Below are positions 1-9,045 of a DNA stretch of 14,136 nucleotides, in pieces; the first letter of the stretch is position 1; every line of letters begins with the position of its first letter. The notes beneath the pieces are model-generated. The model searched no databases and was not told where the DNA came from. It saw nothing but the letters and a program-made list of their open reading frames with translations. The translations under genes and the position numbers were made by a program. The DNA is taken from positions 1 to 14,136 of the forward strand of contig DXJL01000125.1 in NCBI GenBank assembly GCA_019057635.1, in the 5' to 3' direction. This DNA comes from Candidatus Heimdallarchaeota archaeon. GTDB taxonomy: Archaea; Asgardarchaeota; Heimdallarchaeia; Hodarchaeales; Hodarchaeaceae.

Positions 1-1
1 G

Positions 2-412
2 AAGACCCTAGTTTTAGGGGCTTTTGCGGGGATTATCCCTGATATTGATGGGATTTGGGCAATAATTAATGTTGAGACAGGAAATCCGTCACTAGACTAT
101 CTCTTTTCTCATCGTGGGTTCTGGCATAACCCAATTCTTCCACTTTTATTTGCAATTACTTCAGGGGTATACTTAGTGATAATATTCCTTCCTCGGCGGG
201 AAATGGCAAAAGATCACTTTTGGTCACTATCACCTATAGCTCTTGCATGGTTCTCTCACTTAATTCTCGATTTTGGATTTACTGCTACAAATGATATTCC
301 CGCATTAATCTTTGAATTACCATTACTTGCTGTTTACATGCTAGATCAAATATCAGCGTTCGCTATTTCCGCTCTTCTCGGATATATCCTTTGGAAACAA
401 GTTGGTTCGTAA
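2..412 (+). CDS. Membrane-bound metal-dependent hydrolase (YdjM/DUF457-like), 5'-truncated by the window edge
   Basis: The frame of the 176..412 ORF is open back to base 2: KTLVLGAFAGIIPDIDGIW...LFSHRGFWHNP...WFSHLILDF. It has the family motifs PDxD, HRGxxH and SHLxLD between hydrophobic segments. Confidence 0.8.
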   Translation, partial: KTLVLGAFAGIIPDIDGIWAIINVETGNPSLDYLFSHRGFWHNPILPLLFAITSGVYLVIIFLPRREMAKDHFWSLSPIALAWFSHLILDFGFTATNDIPALIFELPLLAVYMLDQISAFAISALLGYILWKQVGS

Positions 413-693
413 ATATATACCTAGAATTAAAAAATTCTCACGAATCAAGAATTAATTCAGTTTTTTTAACAAATACGAGAATACTCAACGTAAAGAGTAA
501 TTCAACAATTGGATAATTAATCCACAAATTCTTTAGTCTAAATGAGTTCAAATCAACAGAATGCCACAAAGAGAATATTTTAATTTCATTACTCACATAA
601 TGAAATGGGAAGAGGAAAACAATCACTTAGGATTTCAGCATTTGGAAGTTCTCAAGTACTCAATAAGTTTAGTCCATTAAAAATATTTATACG

Positions 694-735
694 AACGTCG
701 TCCATGGCTGGTTTAGATTGGAAAAGTATATGCTA
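694..735 (+). repeat. Intergenic motif copy 1 (class B left arm)
   Basis: AACGTCGTCCAT-GGCTGG-TTTAGATTGGAAAAGTATATGCTA, core at 706, directly abutting the IS left end. Confidence 0.9.
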
Positions 736-2356
736 GGGTGAGATGTGCGCGAAATTTTATTTTTCGTTGTTTTGACATTTCGGGGAAGAGTGGACTGTAA
801 TAATCCGACAATAACATGATTATTATTGAACAAGAGAGGTGAGGAGAACATTTGACCAAAAATGACCCTAACACTACTCTTGTTCGGTTATGGGGTGAGT
901 ATTACCTCTTTTTTAACTATTGTGTATGTCAGAAGCGAGTATTATAAACACTTGTACCAAAACGTCCTGTGGGATAGTTATTCACTGGAAAGAATACGAT
1001 TATTTTTTCAAAAGATTGATCCACTGTTAAAGCGGATGTATCCCATAGTGGACAAATTAAACAAGAAGAGGGGACGCCCAGTAACCAATAGATGCTTTCA
1101 ATTACGTTTTGTCATTTGGTGGAAATTTTTTGCTCCTGGACCACAAAAAAACGCGGTGGAAAGACTGAACAAGTCACCAGAACTCCAACAAATTCTGGAG
1201 GCGCCCGGAAATCCATATACCAGGGCAAGTCTCCGTCGGTTCCTCAAAGATGTGGGAGAAGAGGGATTCAGACGAATGGGTTTTTTACTTGCGGTGAAAT
1301 TGCTCAAGAAAGGGATTATTGATACCTCAAAAGTCGTGTTAGACTTTTTTCCAGTCTATTCGTATTTAAATAAGAGTAAGTGTCTAAAAATCCCAAAGTT
1401 CAATAAAAAATTAGCGAAGCAATTTTTTCAGGAATTAAGCCTGAACTACATCATTTCCAAATTTCCAATACCGCGTAGAAACTCAGCCCCATTAGTAGAC
1501 AAGTTGAAAGTCTGGATTCACCAGTATCTATGGGATATTCCCTCCAATCAACGCAATCACTATCATATATTTGGGAGAACCAATCGAAGGGAGGTACTTG
1601 GGCTTGAAAAAGGATGGAAGGCGGCGAAAACGTATCAAGATTTCTTAGATGCCTTGAAAGCCCTTCCCAACGCATCTGAGATCTAATATGTAATAGTGAC
1701 AGAGGTGGTGCGTGTACTTCGACATCTGGGAGTAACTCTTAAGAGTACTAAATATCAGCGTATAGAAGACCTTCGTTGCGTGTTCCATACTCCTCATCGT
1801 CTTAAAGATCCAATTATCACCTCAAATTATTGTGCAGCCAAAGATCAACATTTTATGGGACGAGGTGGATTGTTGGCAATAGTTCCTTCCTTAGGAATAC
1901 CACTATTCTTACAGGTAACTGCAAAGTACAAACAAAGTGAAGAATCAATTCGATCATTTCTAAAGTCGATGTCTCAACAGTATGGAGGACTTTTACGGGA
2001 GATAGAGGTATATGCGGATAGTGAGTTTGGTACCGAGGGAATTAAGGATGCGTTAAAGCGTTTACTTACGGCTACTCCCTATATCGATGTGTTTGCTCGG
2101 AGTGTCACACGATCAACATTAACTATTGAGCAAAAAAATATTCGTAAGACCGTGGAACGCGTGATTGCCCGTTTAGAAACCAATTTTCCCCTTGAACATC
2201 CTTCTGTTCTTGGAGACGACTCAGTAGCAATCCATACTCAGCTCTGCTTCCTTTGCGATTTGCTACTTGTTTCACATAACCTTTTAACAGGCAATCACTC
2301 TCACCCCCACTCCCTCTCATACATTCGGGGATAAAAGTTTTGAACACCTCTCACTC
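736..2356 (+). mobile_element. Insertion sequence of ~1.62 kb, IS4/IS5-like DDE type, with imperfect terminal inverted repeats
   Basis: Left end 736-761 is GGGTGAGATGTGCGCGAAATTTTATT. The reverse complement of right end 2331-2356 is GAGTGAGAGGTGTTCAAAACTTTTAT (18/26 identical, ungapped). The ends enclose the transposase frame. No clear target-site duplication. Confidence 0.75.
862..2334 (+). pseudogene. DDE transposase (~490 aa) interrupted by a single in-frame TAA at 1684-1686
   Basis: ORFs 862..1686 and 1696..2334 are in the same frame. Motifs are KKRGRP in the N-terminal region, VVLDFFPV (D1), VYADSEFG (D2) and RKTVERVIARL (R-x3-E, catalytic E), as in IS4/IS5 DDE_Tnp_1-type enzymes. Confidence 0.8.
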
Positions 2357-2704
2357 AGGTTTATATTAATTTACGAAATAAAAATGGAAATAATTGTTTC
2401 ATTCAAAACAACAGTACAAATTTTCTCTCAAAAGCAATCTCCATTGAGTAATAAATATAGATTTTTAAATATCTGAACAAAATCATCGAATCGAGGTCCA
2501 AATTGGTCAAATTCTAGAAATGCTTTGGCAAGTAAAGACAACAATTAGTAATAGAAACCAACATTCAATACTTGAAAAAGTTCTTTAATGGGCAAAAATT
2601 CACCACATATTTAAGTAGCAGACAAAAATGTCAATTTAAGTATCTGTACTAGGAATTAATCTTGTTCAATTGAGCTAAATAATTTAAAGATAGGAGTACA
2701 ACAA

Positions 2705-3748
2705 GTGAAACGTTGCGTTATATTAGGGACAGGGTTAATAGGACAGCAATTTGTACGGCTTTTAGATACACACCCATATTTTGAATTAACAGAAGTGGTT
2801 GCATCAGATAAATCTGAGGGTAAGTCGCTCAAGAGTAAATGGAACTTACCGTCATTTGAAATTCCAGATATGTTTGCTAATTTACAAATGAGTTCACTTC
2901 GTAATTTAGCCCCTAATAGTTATGATATAGTGTTCAGTGCACTCCCTGCATCAATAGCAAAAGAAATTGAGTTAGAAATAGCCCAGAATGGAAAACCAGT
3001 TTTCTCAAATGCTTCTGCACATCGCTATGAACCAAATGTTCCTATCTTAATACCTGAAATAAATGCTAAACATCTTGAGATCATTACACATCAAGATTCG
3101 TTTAATAATAATGGATTTATTGTCACAAACTCTAATTGTACCGTTTCTGGCCTCGCAATGCTATTAAATGAGATCAGACAAGTTCAACAAATTAAAAACG
3201 TTTATGTTAGTAGTTATCAGGCATTAAGTGGAGCAGGATTTGAAGGGCTTAAATCCATTCCTCGTGATCGGGTCATTCCGTTTATAGAAAATGAGGAAGA
3301 AAAGATTTCAATTGAAGTACGAAAAATTCTTGGGTCTGTTAATCATGACAGGATCGTTAATAATACAGAAATTGATGAAGTTTTAGCTACTTGTGCAAGA
3401 GTCCCAGTCATTGACGGTCATTTAGAAGCTGTTACAATAGAATTTAAGACGAAAATTGATCCAACGGCAATACTAGATCATTTAGAACATATTCGGAGTG
3501 ATCTCTCTTTACCAACAGCCCCGTCCAAACCGATTAAACTATTTAAAGATTTGGATCGTCCCCAGTCTACTTTAGATTTATACGATAAAACTGGAGGACG
3601 ATCAAGTGGCATGGTAGTGAGTATTAGCCCTATCAGATTTACTAAATATCATCTTAGATGTTTTTTATTAGTTCATAATACAATCCGGGGTGGAGCAGGA
3701 GGTTCTATTTTGAATGCTGAACTGGCATATTCAAGAGGATTTCTTTAA
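2705..3748 (+). CDS. asd: Aspartate-semialdehyde dehydrogenase (archaeal/fungal type)
   Basis: ILGTGLIGQ Rossmann motif, VFSALP, FSNASAHR, VPILIPEIN, catalytic NSNCT, YQALSGAG, RVPVIDGH, HNTIRGGAGGSILNAE. GTG start with AGGAG at 2692-2696. Confidence 0.97.
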   Translation: MKRCVILGTGLIGQQFVRLLDTHPYFELTEVVASDKSEGKSLKSKWNLPSFEIPDMFANLQMSSLRNLAPNSYDIVFSALPASIAKEIELEIAQNGKPVFSNASAHRYEPNVPILIPEINAKHLEIITHQDSFNNNGFIVTNSNCTVSGLAMLLNEIRQVQQIKNVYVSSYQALSGAGFEGLKSIPRDRVIPFIENEEEKISIEVRKILGSVNHDRIVNNTEIDEVLATCARVPVIDGHLEAVTIEFKTKIDPTAILDHLEHIRSDLSLPTAPSKPIKLFKDLDRPQSTLDLYDKTGGRSSGMVVSISPIRFTKYHLRCFLLVHNTIRGGAGGSILNAELAYSRGFL

Positions 3749-3798
3749 TACTCTCTTGATTGCCTAATCATCTGTAGAAATCAATTTTCCCTCCCCTG

Positions 3799-3825
3799 TT
3801 TTTTTTCTGATTATTTTTTTCTTTT
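3799..3825 (+). terminator. Oligo-T tracts, possible archaeal-type terminator of asd
   Basis: TTTTTTTTCTGATTATTTTTTTCTTTT in the gap between the convergent asd and lysC genes. Confidence 0.35.
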
Positions 3826-3836
3826 GACGCGTTTAA

Positions 3837-5243
3837 CTACTCTACTATGACCTTACTATGTGATGGTTCCATTATTCGTTTATGCAGTACTTCTAACCCT
3901 CTTTTTGCATCCTCCTTTCTTAGAACCATCGATAGATTTATTTCTGAGGCTCCTAGAACCATCATTAAAATTTTGATATTATTTTCTTCAAAAACCTCAA
4001 AAACCTGTCTAAGAACTAATGGGTTCTCACTAATACCACGGCCAACACAACATAGAATAGACCCTTTTATCTGGGTAATCATTGAAATATCCTTTCTTTC
4101 ACTTTCAGATTTAAATTCTTGGTTTAACTCATTGATTACTTTTGTTGCATCTTCAGAACGAAGAACAAAACCAATTTTTTGTTCTGCAGCAGATTGTGAG
4201 ATCATTAGTATATTGGCACCAACGCTGCGTGCACAATTAAAGGTACGAGCTGAAATTCCAGGAACACCAATCATTCCTTTTCCCAAAACATTAACTATCG
4301 AGATATTTGGTATAAGATTAATTACTTTTATGCCATTAGGTTTGGATTCTGATTTGATGAGAGTCCCAGGGTTCTCAGAATCAAATGTGTTTTTTATTCT
4401 AATTGGAATATGATTTTCAGCAGCTGGTAATATGGTCTTTGGATGAAGTACTTTTGCTCCATAATAGGACATTTCGAAAGCTTCTTCATAAGATAAATCC
4501 GTAATTTGTTCAGCAGTAGAGATCGATCGGGGATCAGTACTAAAGATTCCAGGAACATCTGTATAAATTACGATTTCTTTGACCTTAAGAAGCGCTCCAA
4601 GGATAGAAGCTGAATAATCGGATCCATTCCTACCTAAAGTAGTTGTAATATAATCTCTAGTTGAACCAATGAAACCTGTAATAACAGGAATAGTGTTTGT
4701 ATCCAAAATTGAATGTAAAGTATTTATTCTATTATTACTGACATCAAAATTAGGAGCTGCTTCCCCAAAATTATCGTCTGTGCAAATGAGATCCTCCGCA
4801 GATATGTATTTTGAGTGAATCTCTTTCGTATGCAGCATGGCATTAATTATTCTTGCAGAAAGTTTTTCCCCAAATGAAAGGATATAATCCCGAATCTTTA
4901 GACCTGATTCTCTTAAAATGATGGCTGATTTACATACGTCTTTAAGATTAACCACTTCTTCATTTAACTCAGTAAGTAATTCTGACTTTATTTCACCCTC
5001 AGGTATTAATTTATCAATGAAATCCAAATGAAGATTGAAAAATTCAAGTATGAGACTAAATACTTTCTGTGTATCCTTTTTAACTAGTAAATGGGAGATA
5101 ACCTCGAGTTTATCAGTGATTCCATTCATTGCAGAAATTACCACAATTGGATTATTATCCTGATAAGAGGAGATTATGTTTACTACTTTTTGAATACTTG
5201 ACGCGGTACTTACGGATGATCCACCAAACTTTAAAACATACAT
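3837..5243 (-). CDS. lysC: Aspartate kinase with two C-terminal ACT domains
   Basis: VLKFGGSSV, VVISAM, SFGEKLSA, TTLGRNGSDYSA, TDVPGIFSTDPR, YGAKVLHP. ACT motifs GMIGVPGISAR and GASEINLS. Confidence 0.96.
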   Translation of the reverse strand: MYVLKFGGSSVSTASSIQKVVNIISSYQDNNPIVVISAMNGITDKLEVISHLLVKKDTQKVFSLILEFFNLHLDFIDKLIPEGEIKSELLTELNEEVVNLKDVCKSAIILRESGLKIRDYILSFGEKLSARIINAMLHTKEIHSKYISAEDLICTDDNFGEAAPNFDVSNNRINTLHSILDTNTIPVITGFIGSTRDYITTTLGRNGSDYSASILGALLKVKEIVIYTDVPGIFSTDPRSISTAEQITDLSYEEAFEMSYYGAKVLHPKTILPAAENHIPIRIKNTFDSENPGTLIKSESKPNGIKVINLIPNISIVNVLGKGMIGVPGISARTFNCARSVGANILMISQSAAEQKIGFVLRSEDATKVINELNQEFKSESERKDISMITQIKGSILCCVGRGISENPLVLRQVFEVFEENNIKILMMVLGASEINLSMVLRKEDAKRGLEVLHKRIMEPSHSKVIVE

Positions 5244-5403
5244 GAAATGAAACCTCGAAGCAAATTAAAGTTTTAAACCGATATGTAAGTGCTTTTTAGC
5301 AATTTTACTGTTTCTTATAAAAGATTCACATTGAAGAAGTTGATTATTTTCAGAGATACTCCCACTTATCCTTGATTCAATCCTAGTAAAGAAGATTGAA
5401 TTC

Positions 5404-5450
5404 CGTAAAAGGCTGGTTTAGATAGGAAAAATATATACTGGGGTATATAC
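5404..5450 (+). repeat. Intergenic motif copy 2 (class A) with intact downstream palindrome
   Basis: CGTAAAA-GGCTGG-TTTAGATAGGAAAAA-TATATAC-TGGG-GTATATAC, core at 5411. Confidence 0.92.
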
Positions 5451-5714
5451 CTACAATTGAAAAAAACAAATTAGCAAATCAAACCTTTGTTAAATATTGA
5501 AAACATCGAATTTCTTTAAGAAGAGAAAAATGTGAACTTCTATTAATTACATAAAGGACTTTTGAAAGAAAAAATATTAAATTCTTTAGATACCTACCAT
5601 TTAATAAAACGAATAATAGACTCTTGTACCTATTCCAGAGAGGTTTCTCAAAATTCCGAATATAAAAATATAGTGATGGATAACCAACCAGATTCCAAGA
5701 AGGATATTAAGAAT

Positions 5715-6752
5715 ATGAAAGCGATTATGTTAACGAAATTAGGAGGACCTGATGTTTTAAAAGTTCACGATGTTCCAAAACCCACCATAAAGAATCCGAA
5801 TGATGTATTGGTCAAAATAAAGTTTTCAGGGATAAATTTCGCAGAGATACTGGCACGAAGAGGACTTTATAAGTGGGTTCCAGCAAGGAAGGGGTTTATT
5901 CTAGGGATGGAAGGAGCTGGTATTGTGGAAAAAGTTGGAACAGAGGTTGCTAATTTTAACGTAGGAGATCCAGTAATTGTAGTAAGAGGGTTTGGCTGTC
6001 ATGCTGAATATATCGTTCTAGAAGAGAAATATGTTCTTCCTGCAATTCCAAACTATACTTTAGAACAGAATGCTGCATTTACAGGGTCATTCATGACTGC
6101 CTATCTTGCACTAGTAAAGTTTGCTCGGGTTGAGTCAGGTGAGACGATTCTTGTACAAGCAGCAGCTGGAGCTTTGGGAACTGCAACCGTTAAACTAGCG
6201 AAAGCTCTCGGGTTAAAGGTTGCTGGTACAGCTAGTAATACAGAAAAAATCACCATGCTTAACAAAATGGGCATTAATTTAGCTATTAATTACTCTAAAG
6301 AAAACTTCAAAGAATCTATAATGGAATGGACTGATAACAAGGGAGTGAATGTTGTCTTAGAAAGTGTTGGAGGAGAAGTCTTCAGGGATTCTCTTCAATG
6401 TCTGTCTGCAATGGGAAGATTGATATTTGTCGGTCTAAGTAGTATTCGATTTAGCAAATTTAATCCATTGACATGGTGGTCCACATACAAATTAATTCCC
6501 AAGATTAGTTTGCTAGATATGTTAGGTAAATCTTACGGAATTCAAGCTTTCCATGCTGGACGATTACTTGATAATAATTACACAGAAATAAGAAAATCAT
6601 TTGACGATCTAGTAAATCTTGTGCAACAACATGAGATTTCACCGACAATTTCAAGAATTTTTCAACTGAATGAGATTGTGGAGGCTCACCGAATGATTGA
6701 ATCGAGAAATAACATTGGAAAAATACTCCTTAAGATAGGCAGGTCTTCCTAG
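5715..6752 (+). CDS. NADPH:quinone oxidoreductase-type MDR protein (zinc-independent, VAT-1-like)
   Basis: MKAIMLTKLGGPDVLKV, GINFAEILARRGLY, ILGMEGAG, LVQAAAGALG, SRNNIGKILL. The family-typical start is ATG 5715; ATG 5676 is an alternative, and the track's TTG 5562 looks over-extended. Confidence 0.9.
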   Translation: MKAIMLTKLGGPDVLKVHDVPKPTIKNPNDVLVKIKFSGINFAEILARRGLYKWVPARKGFILGMEGAGIVEKVGTEVANFNVGDPVIVVRGFGCHAEYIVLEEKYVLPAIPNYTLEQNAAFTGSFMTAYLALVKFARVESGETILVQAAAGALGTATVKLAKALGLKVAGTASNTEKITMLNKMGINLAINYSKENFKESIMEWTDNKGVNVVLESVGGEVFRDSLQCLSAMGRLIFVGLSSIRFSKFNPLTWWSTYKLIPKISLLDMLGKSYGIQAFHAGRLLDNNYTEIRKSFDDLVNLVQQHEISPTISRIFQLNEIVEAHRMIESRNNIGKILLKIGRSS

Positions 6753-6979
6753 TGAAGTAGGTTTTTACACCTATTATAGGTGGAGCATTGATTCAATATT
6801 TTCATTCTCAGACTCTTCCTACTCTGCTTACTGCTATTTTCTGTTTGACAATTCTCTTATGGCGGTGGTATATATCTACACCTCAATTTTCTTCAACGGT
6901 ACAAGTTACAACGACATAATATAAATAGTAGAATGATTAATTATAGATATTTAAGATCGTTAATGTATTTGCATTTCCC

Positions 6980-7019
6980 AACTTCGTAAAAGGCTGGTTT
7001 AAAATAAAAAAGTATTTAC
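6980..7019 (+). repeat. Intergenic motif copy 3 (class A)
   Basis: AACTTCGTAAAA-GGCTGG-TTTAAAATAAAAAAGTATTTAC, core at 6992, ending 4 bp from the nfi stop codon. Confidence 0.88.
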
Positions 7020-7023
7020 AAAA

Positions 7024-7734
7024 TCAATTGTATCTAAAATATTTCACAGTATCTCGAGTTAGTTTATCTGCTAATCTAATGGGCTCAGGTAAACGTTGAC
7101 GCGTATAGCGTGAGATAAGGGATGTTGCAGTCTGAATAGAGATGAGATGTCCAGGCGAAATATAAATTGGTTTGTAGATTACATTAGGAATCACTGCGGT
7201 TCCGATTTCTTGGTTTTTATACATAACAGGGGATATTTTATTTTCTAATAGGATATGCTCATCAACATTCCCTATTAAAAGTCGCTTGGCAACCCCTATG
7301 GTTGGTTTTTTTAGAGTAATTCCAAGATGAGAGGCAACACCCAGCTTGTAAGGATGAAGAATACCATTTCCATCAACCACAATAAGATCTGGTTTGTTTT
7401 GTAGTTTCTTATATGCTTCCACCAGACCTGGTGCCTCTCGGTAAGCTAGAAAGGTAGGAACATAGTCAATCTCTGGTGTGTAGATTTGGAACACATATTC
7501 TACCAATGTAAAATTAGGGACCTCTAGAACCACCATACCAGCACAAGCATCACCATTAGAAAAAAATGAAACATCACAACCCGCCACGAGGGAAATCCTT
7601 GATAGAGAAGGATGATCCTCGATAATCACTCTTTTTTGCAATGTTAATTGCTCTTTACGTAGATTTTTGAAGTGATCTACCAAATTCGGAGGAATATATT
7701 TTTCTATCCACGGTTCTAGTTCTATACACTCCAT
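7024..7734 (-). CDS. nfi: Endonuclease V (deoxyinosine 3'-endonuclease)
   Basis: VAGCDVSF, YVPTFLAYRE, VDGNGILHP, GVASHLG, PTIGVAK, PIYISPGH, RLPEPIRLAD. Confidence 0.96.
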   Translation of the reverse strand: MECIELEPWIEKYIPPNLVDHFKNLRKEQLTLQKRVIIEDHPSLSRISLVAGCDVSFFSNGDACAGMVVLEVPNFTLVEYVFQIYTPEIDYVPTFLAYREAPGLVEAYKKLQNKPDLIVVDGNGILHPYKLGVASHLGITLKKPTIGVAKRLLIGNVDEHILLENKISPVMYKNQEIGTAVIPNVIYKPIYISPGHLISIQTATSLISRYTRQRLPEPIRLADKLTRDTVKYFRYN

Positions 7735-7850
7735 GTTTTTTCTACTTAGATTTTAATCTTATAAGTAAATGTCTAAATTCCCAAGAATTAGGCTCATTTG
7801 ATCCACAAGTTTGTTCAAATACATATTTCAGTTTTCCTAATCTCGTACTC

Positions 7851-7899
7851 TGTCGTAAAAGGCTGGTTTAGATAGGAAAAATATATACTAATGTGTATA
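7851..7899 (+). repeat. Intergenic motif copy 4 (class A)
   Basis: TGTCGTAAAA-GGCTGG-TTTAGATAGGAAAAA-TATATAC-TAAT-GTGTATA. Bases 7854-7889 are identical to 5404-5439 (36 bp). Confidence 0.92.
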
Positions 7900-8080
7900 A
7901 GCAGATGAGTAGAATAAATCGTAATCTCTAGATAGACCATATGGGACATTTAGACAGGGTTATAGAATTTAGAGCTTATTTTCGGTGAACAGTTCAATTT
8001 CATCGCTGAAGGAATATTTACAGGCGTATTGATATATAAAGTTAAACGGATCTGAGCAATCAAAACTAAGGGTGAATGCG

Positions 8081-8872
8081 ATGAGAAATCCTGAAATTGC
8101 TTTAAATTCTGTTTTATATGAAAAAACAGACCTAATTGCTACCATTACTATTAATCGGCCTGATAAACGAAATGCTTTACGTATGGAAGAATTTGATAAG
8201 CTTATCAAATTTATTAAAGACGCTGACTCTGATGAATCTGTTCATGTCATTCACATCAATTCTGAGGGCGAAAAAGCGTTCTCTGCTGGATTGGATTTGA
8301 ATATGTTGCAGCAATTAGCGGCCTCTCCTGAAAATATTCCTCGTCTTCTTGAGTATGGATTTGGTTTAGTAAAAACGATGTTGCTAGCAAAAAAACCAAT
8401 TGTTGTGCAAATTCAAGGTCCTGCGGTTGCGTGGGGTGCAATTATATGTTTAGCTGCAGATTTTGTAATTGCAGGTGAAAATCCTAACACATTTCTTTCG
8501 CTCCCTGAAATTGATGTAGGATTGTTTCCCGCAACAGGAGCTCTAACCATGGCATTATTGAATTCCGGATTTAGACGCTCCAAAAGAATTCTTATGGTTC
8601 CAGAACGTCTATCCTTAGATGATGCCGTAGAATTAGGAATTATCACTCGTAGATGTCCTTTAACTAACCTCCCCGAGGACACGTTATCATTCTGTGAGGT
8701 TCTTGCCAAAAAACCTCAATCTATCCTTATTCCAATAAAAGCGTTGATAAATCGTTTTTCTTTAAAAGATCTCGATTATTATTTTACTAAGGAGACTGAA
8801 GCCTTTAATTTATCTATGGCTGGAGAAACAGAAAAATTTAACGAATTTATACGAATCCTATGGGAGAATTGA
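8081..8872 (+). CDS. Enoyl-CoA hydratase/isomerase (crotonase) family protein
   Basis: ATITINRPDKRNAL, AFSAGLDL, KPIVVQIQGPAV, AADFVIA, LPEIDVGLFP. ATG 8081 is preceded by GGGTGA; GTG 8072 is an alternative start. Confidence 0.92.
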   Translation: MRNPEIALNSVLYEKTDLIATITINRPDKRNALRMEEFDKLIKFIKDADSDESVHVIHINSEGEKAFSAGLDLNMLQQLAASPENIPRLLEYGFGLVKTMLLAKKPIVVQIQGPAVAWGAIICLAADFVIAGENPNTFLSLPEIDVGLFPATGALTMALLNSGFRRSKRILMVPERLSLDDAVELGIITRRCPLTNLPEDTLSFCEVLAKKPQSILIPIKALINRFSLKDLDYYFTKETEAFNLSMAGETEKFNEFIRILWEN

Positions 8873-8956
8873 TTTTATATTTAGATCTGTAAACGTATTT
8901 CAACTTCTGTCGGAATATGTAACTAAAATTCTACTAGAAAAAAGTGGAGACTTAAA

Positions 8957-9045
8957 TTCACCATTTTGAGACTAATAATAATTGCTTTCACATATAATGA
9001 AATACTATAGGATAAATCATCACGTACGTCGTCCGTGGTTGGTTT
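8957..9045 (+). repeat. 89-bp extended repeat ending in degenerate motif copy 5 (class B)
   Basis: Ungapped match to 12008-12096 (70/89 by hand count). Ends ACGTCGTCCGT-GGTTGG-TTT, core at 9037. Confidence 0.85.

Noticed and set aside
438-626. 62-aa minus-strand ORF
   Set aside because: No recognisable motif, AT-rich, and it overlaps part of the class B repeat extension. A decayed gene cannot be excluded.
1684-1686. Programmed read-through or recoding of the transposase stop
   Set aside because: The codon is TAA, not TGA or TAG, and TAA terminates other genes in the window. A nonsense mutation or sequencing error is simpler.
1092-2347. Short ORFs 1092..1322, 1098..1307, 1451..1675 and 2123..2347
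   Set aside because: Alternative-frame or antisense shadows of the transposase.
3847-4413. 188-aa plus-strand ORF
   Set aside because: Antisense shadow of lysC.
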